The position numbers and the translations under genes are program-made. A stretch of 61,143 nucleotides of DNA, filler included, from Basidiobolus ranarum (taxonomy: Eukaryota): the NCBI GenBank assembly GCA_040143965.1. It is 17 parts of 17 records of this genome, joined end to end, with 100 filler letters (N's around TTAATTAATTAA, not from the genome) between each part and the next. Parts side by side here need not be neighbours in the genome. Positions count along the whole stretch, not along the records: positions 50,465 to 53,958 come from JASJQH010002454.1; positions 54,059 to 57,551 come from JASJQH010002455.1; positions 57,652 to 61,143 come from JASJQH010002456.1; 14 more parts are not named here. One strand, given 5' to 3'. Below are positions 50,976 to 61,143 of the stretch, piece after piece (the first letter of the stretch is position 1; each line of letters starts with the position of its first letter). The notes beneath the pieces are model-generated. The model searched no databases and was not told the DNA's origin. It worked only from the letters and a program-made list of their open reading frames with translations.

Positions 50976-51493
50976 TTATGGTATAGTCAGTATATTTTGA
51001 TGGCTACTTTGAAAATTTACTAAACTCTGAAAACTCTACCAGCTTGGAAGAGTCTGTGATGTTTCTTCCATTTTAGATGAAGAGCAAGTAGTCAATGAAG
51101 AACCAGAAAGAGGATGGCCCACATTCTCACACATCATAGCACACAACTTACCTGATTCAATCAAACCAACCAGTGAGCTTTTTACATCTGGAGAAGAGTC
51201 AGGTCCAAGGAGCATGCCACCAGAAAGACATACCAGTTTAATGTGTACTACTGTGCAACAGCAACAAAGGCCAACTGCAAGAATTATTGAACCTTCCACT
51301 TTGTTGGATGATGATCTGACACCTGAGAGTATTCTACTAAGACAGCAATCTGTTACAATGTGTACCCCCATGAGACCAAGACAATGGGTTTTTGAGAGAA
51401 ATAGTGAAGCTCTTACTGAGCTTGAAGAAGCCACAACAGTCAAACACAAATCTCAAGGTAGATAATAAGCTTTGATGCATTCCACCCTGCAAC

Positions 51494-51871
51494 TATCAAA
51501 GTTTATTGTCTTTATCATATTTGTTATCTCTATTGTTATACATCTAACCATTTCATATATCACATATAAGTTAGTTAACATTACTTAGTCAAATATTGCT
51601 TAGCTGAAAATTTGAACATATATAATACATATATGTGAATAATATGTGAATTAGCAATTTCATATTGGAAACTTCAAACTCATCCAAATTGCCCCAAAAA
51701 AAGCTCATTTTACTCCCACAGATGTTCCAAACACAACCCCAGTGTTAGTTTTCTGTATTTCCACCAAAAAGTATAAATGCTTTATTTCTGGACAATAAAC
51801 AATTATCAGACAAAGCCATTCACAAGTCCACTTTTCTAAAGTTTGACCAAACAGCCCATATTTTCCCAATA
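51494..51871. repeat. Solo LTR family B with TSD GCAAC
   Basis: GCAAC at 51489-51493 and 51872-51876. Confidence 0.88.
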
Positions 51872-52229
51872 GCAACAGAGCTCACAGCAGCCAGTCAAAA
51901 GAGATGAAGATTCTACCATGGATGAAGAAGCAATAACTGTCAAGCACAAACCTCAAGGTAGACAACTTGGTCCAACATGTACTGCCATCCAACCACAGCC
52001 ACAGCCAGTCCAAAGAGATGAAGCTTCTATCATTGTTGAAGAAGCAATAACTGTAGAGCATAAACCTCAAGTGAGACATTCCTTGTTGATACACAGAGCT
52101 GTGCACAGGCAGCAATGGCTGGTTACCCATTAAGTGAAGGCTCCACATCAGAAGAAGAACTGTAGATACAAACAAATTGCAAACTAGACCAGACAAGCCA
52201 ATGCATACCATAGCACTGTATTGAGGCAG

Positions 52230-53760
52230 CATTGCTACACACTGGCAGATTGACTTATTTCCACTCCAAGCTCATATCATTACTTTTGCACAATTGCTAT
52301 TTTATTATCCACATTTGACTTACCCATATTTTCTAGGCAATCATATTGCACTATTAGTATTATCCCCTATTATTTCAGATTTATCAATATTAACCCATCT
52401 TAGCTTTATCATTTTCTGGAAAATTCTACAATCTTCCCAAACATTCCACAAGATTCTTAGAATATTGGATGATTGATTGAGTTTTAACCAATCAAAACTT
52501 GATTTTGCCGGAACATTCCATGACTTTTTGAACTATTCTACAACCTTCCTGAACATTCCATGGATTACTAATCATATAATTCATGGTGGTATCATAACCC
52601 CAGATCCCCACAAACAGATTTCTCTGGAACTTTCCAGAAATTCTCATTATTAATGATTTCTACCTCCAGAAAAGTATAAATAGAAGCCATATCTTTTCAA
52701 ATAAAAATCATCCGGGTTTTCAACTAACAATTATTACTTGTGATCACCTCTTATTTTCATAACCACTTACAAGACCTTTGAAGCGGAAGCTTAAGAGAGA
52801 CTACTAGGGGCAGTCACAGGCTACTGTGTGACTAGAAAGGACTTGACCAGCTCTAAGGAAGTACTGACAGGTAGGTGTTATATTTCTGATACTTTATATT
52901 TTTTCCCTAGCTTTTCTGCATAGGCAAGGTACTTTTCATATCCTTGGTTGAATCACTACTAGTGCATTGTTGTTCAAGACCCTGCTGGCTCAGTTTACAT
53001 TTGTTTTGATTGGATATACCCATTTTATCTGATCATTCTCAAACAACAATGAAGGCAGTATACTCTTTTGTCAGGCACCAGCATATTATTCAACAGAAAG
53101 CTGGACATTACATTGTGGTTTATCAGTCCTTAGACATTTCTAGAGGCTTGATTTCCTTTCACAAAAACCCAAGAGGCAAGAGACAGACCCATATTACAGT
53201 ACATCCCAGAGTTAATCAACCATGGTTATTGCACCCTTTGGACATCTCACAAAACCCTTAGGATATTGCAGTTATAGTTGCTGCTAACACCGTAAAACAA
53301 CTACATTTGGCACCCAATGTCAGGGGGTTCAACTGAATATCTCTGAAGACTTACAACCAGAAAGACTATTACTACTACTACTCATTCATCATATCAATCC
53401 CAATACTACCATTATGCAGATCCCCAGGAACTCCCTTCTTCAATGGTACTAAAGTTCAAGCAATCATCAGGAGATGGGAACTTTTCTGCCTAGCTTACAA
53501 TGTTCCTCAAGACAGAATGGCTGAGGAACTATCATCTTACTCCCTAACAGAAATTTGTAGATTGTTATTTTAGGAAAACCATCACAATTTTAATCCATTT
53601 GGGATTGACCACTTACATACTGTCATAAAATCATCAAGTTAGATTTGATTTTAATCAATTTTTTCAGTTTCAGGAGTGAAATTTCAAGATCTTGCAAAAT
53701 AGTTGCAAATGATGGGCTAAAATCTCAGAGAAACATGGATCAACACATGTGCAAAAACAT
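52230..53760 (+). mobile_element. Gypsy-like element 5' end: long LTR (to 53305), PBS 53308-53325, decayed gag
   Basis: The LTR end …CAACTACA is followed by TT and TGGCACCCAATGTCAGGG, a CpG-decayed tRNA-Lys-type TGGCGCCCAACGT…. Gag-like PGTPFFNGTKVQAIIRRWE follows. The LTR left edge is approximate. Confidence 0.7.
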
Positions 53761-54138
53761 AACTCAAATTTAAACAATTACCACTTGAATGCTAATTTGT
53801 CACCTTTGAAATCCCTAGTCTCTTTGATATATTCTCCTGAATATTTTTATAGAGTTCTTCATACCCAAGGTTTAGCTCATACCCAACACAAGTTTGTGTC
53901 AATATCTCCATCAAAGCCCACCATTGTATTAACATTGCTGAATCAACATTCTTCCAGCNNNNNNNNNNNNNNNNNNNNNNNNNNNNNNNNNNNNNNNNNN
54001 NNTTAATTAATTAANNNNNNNNNNNNNNNNNNNNNNNNNNNNNNNNNNNNNNNNNNNNCTACATATAAAGAAAGTATCACCTTACTGTCCTTATCTGTCT
54101 TAAAGTAGATCCCAAAATCCACTGTACTCTTTTGGAAA

Positions 54139-54753
54139 TCAAGTGATTCCAAGTATGTATCTATCTTGAATCACATCCTGTGAATAGAGTGAAACCTTCT
54201 GGAAAGGATTACAAGCTATCAATACTATCCCAGAATATGTATAGATATTATGTTGCGAGTAGCGAGTACGGATGTTATGAAGAACTAACAGAGTACAGAG
54301 AAGATTAGTTTTACTAAACTGAAGCGACATATAAGAAATCCTTATTACCTGCAGGCTCATGTAAATAACTTAGATTGGTCAAGTCGTCAATCCCTTCTAA
54401 GATGGGTGGATTACACAACGGTGGAAGTTCCACTTTTTTAGACACTATTTTTTCGAGAGAAAACTCTAACTTCACTACCTAGAAGGAAGAAGTACTTAGG
54501 GGGATTTTGGCTTTGGAAAATGGTCATAAAAACTGACCTCGCCGGTATCATCTCTGATCTCAAAGTATACTTTAACATCATCGAGCTTTTTAGAGAGTAT
54601 TTGACCACTGATCCAACCCTCTTTATCATTTTCTAGCCACACATTAGTATTCTACGTAGTAAAATGTTAGAATACGGTTCCTTCCGCAGAGTTAATGTAG
54701 GGAAAACTCAAAATTACCTTGGTATAAACCTCAAGGGCCTGTTGTGCACTCAT
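54139..54753 (-). CDS. MYO2: Class V myosin heavy chain 5' fragment (exons 54753-54718, 54651-54538, 54478-54349, 54284-~54166); homology breaks off, possible pseudogene
   Basis: EVYTK…VWL…EGW (SH3-like) and [35 protein letters not shown]…IYTYSGIVLIACNPF, with three GT-AG introns in frame. Confidence 0.88.
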
Positions 54754-56070
54754 TTCGTTCCAAGTATCTATGGGTTCAAAAGATGGTTGGTAAGTTTGAC
54801 TTGGATTTTGTAAGGAATGTAGTGGTATGGGCACCTCACTGATTCAGCTCAATAAATATTGCCAACTGTTTTGAAACTGGTATTAGCGTTCTAGTCGCCG
54901 AAAGAGTCAAGAGTAGTTTACAGGGTGAAGTGAAAATTATACAAAGGTATGAAAAGATAGTATCACAATGTTCAAGGTATAAATGTAAAGGAAATAATCG
55001 AAACAAAATAATAAACTACTTTGAATATTCAAAAGAATACGTCCAAAATGAGCTACGAGTTGAGCGCGACGAAGGAGAATGCACCCTATGCATTTCTTGG
55101 TAAATTATTTACAAGTCCGAAGAATACATTGATATCAACCAATCAAGTAGTCAGGAAGTTTTTCAAAAGATCGATTCCACCAATTACCAAATCCTGTTGT
55201 AGGCTTAATTTAGTTACTTACGAATTATATTTACATGTATGACAAGCAAAGGATTCTTCATTACTAGTGACCGCTTTGCCAGGCCCAACTTGATTAACAA
55301 AACACAGAGCAACTACTTCAGGTCATTTGTTAATTGTGCTGAAAGGCTTCTGCTTTAAAGAGCTAGCAATTAGCCAATTGTGGAGATTGCTGAGTATACC
55401 ATTTGATCACAGAGTACACATAGCCAAAGCGAGTATAGAGGGATTTTTAATTTGGGCTTATTTACACGTAATTTGAGTGTTAAAACCATTGCTGCATCAA
55501 TTAGCAGGGGTTTTGAGGAATGGAAGTGAAAGGGCCATGTTTCACAATCTAGTATTGAGCCAAAATCAATTAGGAGGTCCCGGGGCATGGCGATTTCATC
55601 AGTTTCAGCCTAATCATTTTCAACAATATACTTCAGATTTTCTGATCTGAAAGATAACTCTTCTTGGCATTTTGTTCACATTTTATGACCATCATGTGAT
55701 CGCATTAGCGGCGAAATCTAGCACTCTAATCGCCGGTGAGCCATTACATTGATTAGAGTAAAATAGTGGCGTTGGAACACAGCGAAGGAAATAAAGAGCA
55801 CAGTGTTCTGCCCAGTGCAGTACCCACATCAGAGATGAAGTTCTGCCGAAATCTGAAAACCAGAAATAGTTCAATGGAAGTAACTTGAGTGATCTTTAAT
55901 TGATGATAATTATGCAACATTAAACATGGTTCAAAATTGTTACCAATATAAGCATGGACATGTTGGCAGAAATTAAATAATCACTAATAATAATAATAAT
56001 AATCATGCTAAGAGATAATGATGATGCTCAACCTGAGATGAGTAGGTAATTGTATAGTTGCGACTCTCGA

Positions 56071-57551
56071 CTAGTTGTTTGAATTCAAATCTTGCTGGAT
56101 CACGAGAGAGTAGTACTGGCCTTTCAAAGCCATCAACTCGTTGTGGGTACCGCGCTCATTTACTTCTCCATTCTTAAGGACATAAATAACATCTGCTTTT
56201 TGAATAGTAGACAAGCGATGGGCGATAGCAATGGTAGTACGGCCTTGGGATGCTTTATCCAATGCTGTCTGAACTACCTTCTCGGACTCTGCGTCGAGAG
56301 CAGAGGTTGCCTCATCAAGTAAAAGAATCTTGGGGTTACGAATCAATGCACGGGCGATGGCAATTCGTTGCTTCTGTCCTCCCGAAAGCTGAGATCCCTT
56401 AGATCCTAATGAAGTATCATAACCATCAGGAAGAGACATAATGAAATCGTGAATATTGGCATCCTGGGCGGCTTGTTCAATTTCAGCTTGAGATGGTACA
56501 CGTTCAGTGAGTCCGAAACAAATATTTTCTTTTATACTCAAGTTATATAATGTTGGCTCCTGTCCTACTAAGGCAATATGTCTACGCATATCGGTTATAT
56601 TCATCTTACGAATATCTTTCCCATCAATCTTGATACAACCAGCGAGAACATCGTAAAAGCGTTCAGTAAGCCCGATAACGGTACTTTTTCCACAGCCAGA
56701 AGGACCCACAATCGCTGCATACTGTCCTGGTTTAATATCGAGGTTGAGACCGCGAAGTACTGGGACTCCAGGACGAGTCGGATAGCGGAAATGAACTTTA
56801 CTGTATGTAATATGCCCTTTGATAGAGTCCACTTTATCACCTTCATCACTCCAAACATCGATCAAAGGTTGACGGTCCAAGAGATCAATAATATTACCAG
56901 CGGCTGATTCGGCTTTAGTAACGTCAGGTACAAACGAAAATACATTTGCCGCAGATTGAGCACCAAAAACGATTGACATGAAAATAGTGAGGAATGTTTG
57001 ATAGTCATACTCGCCTTCAGACACCAATTTTCCACCATACCAGAAGCCAAGAGCATTGACCAGGAATACCGTTGCCTGCGTACACGCAAAAACAAATGAA
57101 GCACCGAATGCATTCTTTTTTCCAGCTTTGGTTGGGATATCTAGTTCAGCGTGGTATAATTGGCACACATCGCTCTCTCGTGTAAGTGAAGCTACAGTGC
57201 GAATAGCTGAAGTAGCTTCACAGGCAAGTTGTGCAGAGCTTTCGTAGGCGGTTTTAGCTTTATCTTCGTAGCCTCTCAACAGTGCCATACGAATTGCGCC
57301 TGCACCAATCATCACCGGAACACTGGCTACAACGGCAAGACTAAGTTTCCATCCGTAAATCAACCCTACTGTGAAGCCACCGAGGATATTTACTAGTACT
57401 TGAAGAATAGAGCCAAATGTAGTTCCACCAACTCCTTGAACATAGGTGGCATCGGGCGCGAGGGCTGAAACTAAAGCACCAGCGTTCTTCTCATCGCGGG
57501 CAAACCAGCCAATTTCTTGGCGAAGTATGCTGGCAAATAATTGAGCACGAA
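56071..57551 (-). CDS. ABCB/MDR (P-glycoprotein-like) transporter, C-terminal TMD2+NBD2 (5'-truncated)
   Basis: LRQEIGWF, Walker A GPSGCGKST, signature LSGGQKQR, Walker B ILLLDEATSALD and H-loop IAHRLST. The frame is open to the gap. Confidence 0.96.
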
Positions 57552-57919
57552 NNNNNNNNNNNNNNNNNNNNNNNNNNNNNNNNNNNNNNNNNNNNTTAAT
57601 TAATTAANNNNNNNNNNNNNNNNNNNNNNNNNNNNNNNNNNNNNNNNNNNNATTTAGAAAATCCGTAAAATTTCCGGAATAAACACCAAAATCGGCCTCA
57701 GAACTAATTTCTTTATCATTCCATGATAATTCCAAATGAGGTCTAGGGCGGAAGTGTAATATGGAAGTGGCATGACCAAGTCATCTTCACTTAGAGGTAC
57801 TCCAATGGATGATCTGCCATAGTTTTTATCAAACATATATGATTAAGAATAGAATCATCAAAATTCATCTAAATATATTGCTAATAATTTCTACCTACAA
57901 TGCAGCCTATCAGCCAGAT

Positions 57920-58590
57920 TTGTAGTCTTATATATTCCCTTAAGTGTTTCCCAAGCATTTGGGACATTTTTGCCACATTGTGAGGGCCTTAATTGAGAGT
58001 CTCTGAGATGTAGACAAAGTGTAGTGAGTGCCTTCCTCTGCTTCTTGTGCAAGGCAAGGATAGTTTCTGGAGGTCCCTTTGGCTCTATTTCTTCTCTTGT
58101 AACAAATCTTCAAATATCCTTGTCTTCTAGCAGCATTTGCATTTTGAAATTCCAAAGGTGAAAGTCTTCACCATCAAACTTCTCTGTGGATGCAAGAATG
58201 TTGACATTCCTTCAGCACCTAGCTTGGGGCTCCTAACCTGATAAAAGTGTTTAGGGGATTTTGAAGTGTTGTGTGCAAGATTTGGATTTATGAACTGTAC
58301 AGTTAAGTTTTAATGAATTGAATCTGTTCTATTTATGGTTTACTATGAAATAGGACTATTGGATGTTCTTAGATCATAATAAACATGCCTGTTAAGCATG
58401 GGTGAAAATTTGAGGTGATTTGGAGAAGTTTTGAGAAAATCAAGAAAATTGGTAAAAGTGATCCAATCAATATATCTATCAACTAGAGCAATAAACACAT
58501 GTTTTTGAATGACAGAATTGAGTACTAACTAAGCAGAATATGAATAAACAAACTACTAAATAATGAGTTGCTACTTACCTAATTTCAACA
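57920..58590 (-). mobile_element. Copia 5' end: LTR family A (58239-58590), PBS (58226-58238), gag start
   Basis: TGTTGAAATTAGG…CACTTTTATCA, then GGTTAGGAGCCCC, then ATG…EKFDGEDFHLWNFKMQMLLEDKDI. Confidence 0.88.
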
Positions 58591-59600
58591 TATAATAGTC
58601 TTGTTGGCTCTTTCTGCTGCTACACTTTGTTGGACTCAATAGGTGAAAGTAGTTTCTTGTGTTGAATCATGATCTTTTTATAAGTAATCCAATAGTTTCT
58701 CAATATATTTTCCACCATAAGCAGCATATTTTTACTTGATGTTATATCTAGTATCAGTCTCCATGGGTGTTTTAAAGTCTCTAAAGATCGATAGAGCTTC
58801 TTCCATTCTTTTCATAGGGTAGACTCAATTGTATCAAGAGTAATCATCAATATACGGGATTCAATATCTCTTTCTATTGTGTGAAAAATTTTGAATACGT
58901 TGCATATATCTGAATGAACAAGATCAATTTATTGACACATTGCACTAAACCATAGCTCTTGATAGATTGCTTAAACCAGGGCACTTGAGCAGTTGCCTGG
59001 ATATTGATCATATATTCAATGCTTTTAAATTTCCACTTTGGTTGGAGAGTAACTTGAATTTCATAAACTTACCTAATTGATGATCTCTTTATTTAACTCA
59101 TCAAATCCCTTAAAGTCAAACTTTGCAGCATAATTGCATTGTTTTGTAATTGGACTTACTTCATATTATTTCTGAACCAACTGGATTGTATGTCAACATG
59201 GTATGTATTGCTTCTTCTCTGCTAGAGCTATTATAACTTCTTTTGATCAGTGATGATACATCTCAACTTATCAGAGTTAAACCCTCACCCTTCTGAGATG
59301 GCTTTGATTTAGATTTTAAGTTCCTAGCAATATCCTAAGCATCTACTACATTCTTAAAAGTATCAACTTTGTCTTCAGAAGCACTGGTTACATTTGTTTG
59401 TTACTCCCACTCCAGTAGCATCCAATTTGCAGTTATCTAGCATGGAACCTGTTGTATGGGGATTTCTTCAACATTCACTAATGAATGTTTTGCATAAATG
59501 ACACATTGGGAATATTCAATATATCTGATCTTCATATCATAGTTGTTGGTCATATATTGAATGGATATTTGTACTTCAACACTTGGTACACCTTTCTTTT
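58590..59600 (-). mobile_element. Highly decayed Copia protease/integrase remnant
   Basis: KNVVDA..IARNL- and DLVHSD-like codons on the minus strand, with many stops. Confidence 0.55.
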
Positions 59601-59879
59601 TCTGCCATTCTTTTACAGAAATCTCAGCTTAAATAATTACTTTGAATGTAATCACAGTTTATGATTTGTTTCCTCCTGAATTGCTTCAACCTTGATGGGG
59701 AGGATTTCCATAGATTACTGAAGTATTTTAATTATTCCTTTGATTGGAACCTGGTTTTCATGAATATTCTTGTAGAAGACAGCAAATTCAAACTATAGGT
59801 CCAACTTAGTTCTAGATTCCAGACCCATTGCCTGTCTCTAAAGCTTGTGAAGCAAGTTGCTTTGGATAATATCTATGAT

Positions 59880-61143
59880 ATCTGCTCAGACGTAGGCACT
59901 ATAATGTATTCCATATTGTTAGCCCAAATAATGACTATTGATTTAGATACAGCTCCCATTGCCACAGCAATGGGAGCTGTCAGCAAATGTATACATTAAG
60001 CTGCAGACCATCAATTAATAAGGAACATCTGGCTTTAATTTGAGTCATTTTGGGCCAAATTGGACTAATAATTAATTAATTTTGTATTGGGCTCCATAAG
60101 TGTTGCAACAGGCTATTTATTCTCCATGCTGAAGCATTTTATGATGTCTATGATGTATCTAGAATGATCCAGCATGATTTTCTGATTGGGTTCACTCTCT
60201 TGACTTGGATTTTAAGAAAATAAATTTTTTGAATTATTTCAGTCATCTGAAATTGTTTTGATAAGCATTTTTTCATTTGATCAAGTGCATGATCATTGTT
60301 TGTGGCTTGGATCAAATCATCAGCATATAGTGCCAAGATCAGGATCCTTTATCCATTTGTGTTGATCTAAGTACTCTAATCTGCAATCATTTTGGATTTC
60401 CAGTGATTCCAAAATAGGTATCTCTCTTGTTATACCACTCCCTGGGTGCTTGCTTAAGTCCATACAGCTATATTTGCAGCTTACAGACCATATTGGGGTA
60501 TTTTGGTTCAACAAATACATCTGGTTGCTCCATATTGATCTTCTTTTTTAAATTTCTATTCAGAAAGACCATTTTTTACATCTATCTGTTAAGTATAATA
60601 TTTATGGATGGCTGAGAGTGCCTGGGTAGATCTAATGGCACTAAATTTAGCTACTGAAGCAAATGTTTCATCAAAAGCAACTCCTGGAGTCTGGAAATAA
60701 GCTTTTGCAACTAATCTTGCTTTGTAACTTTCTATTGTTCCTTCAGTTTGGTTTTGACTTTTTTGACCCAATTGCAACCTGTTGGCTTTCTCCCAGATGG
60801 TGATGGACTTCAAACTGATATTTTCTTGCCCTGATGTAAAGAAAATGCCTCAGACATTGCTTTTTACCATAATTTGGATTCTGGACACTACAGAGCCTGA
60901 TCTAGTGGCTTTGGGTTGTTACAGAATGCTGCATAAGCATATATATCACTGTTAGAAGTGTGTCACCAGTTCCCAAGATATTTCTCCTTCTGGATGATCT
61001 TGTAGGTCATGAATGATCTGCTGATGCATTTAGGGCTTGAATTTTGGGTGAATTGGGCTCTGATACAGCTGGAAATTAGCCAGACACTTCCTAAATAGTG
61101 CTCAATGTGTTTTCTGGATCATGAAGTGTGACTTCATGTGCAA
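59880..61143 (-). mobile_element. Copia RT fragment
   Basis: YKARLVAK, FDETFASVAKFSAIR and ALYADDL. Confidence 0.9.

Overview
This window is not one locus. It is an artificial concatenation of 17 short eukaryotic contigs (3515 down to 3492 bp, sorted by length) joined by 100-bp N-TTAATTAATTAA-N linkers, so adjacency across linkers carries no biological meaning. Short GT-AG introns with CTAAC branch sites, fungal-type housekeeping genes and TTAGGG motifs point to a TE-rich fungal genome, probably an early-diverging, Basidiobolus-like lineage (inference). About two thirds is decayed, CpG-depleted transposon sequence: Ty1/Copia, a Ty3/Gypsy-like element, a solo-LTR family, CACTA/En-Spm (Tnp2) and PIF/Harbinger. 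Host genes are a Nup98/Nup145-type GLFG nucleoporin, HP1/Swi6, GAPDH (3' part), myosin V (5' part, apparently truncated), an ABCB/MDR transporter (3' half), two secreted proteins and one spliced unknown gene. The most interesting items are: (1) an intact, intronless, CpG-retaining 821-aa dynamin-like GTPase resembling the bacterial CrfC/YjdA family, anchored to the host genome by a host repeat; (2) a decayed thioesterase domain of an A-T-TE quinone-synthetase-type NRPS-like enzyme; (3) a repeat family tipped with telomeric TTAGGG units, plus scattered interstitial telomere dimers; (4) tandem Copia elements sharing one LTR and carrying a half-tRNA-type primer binding site.
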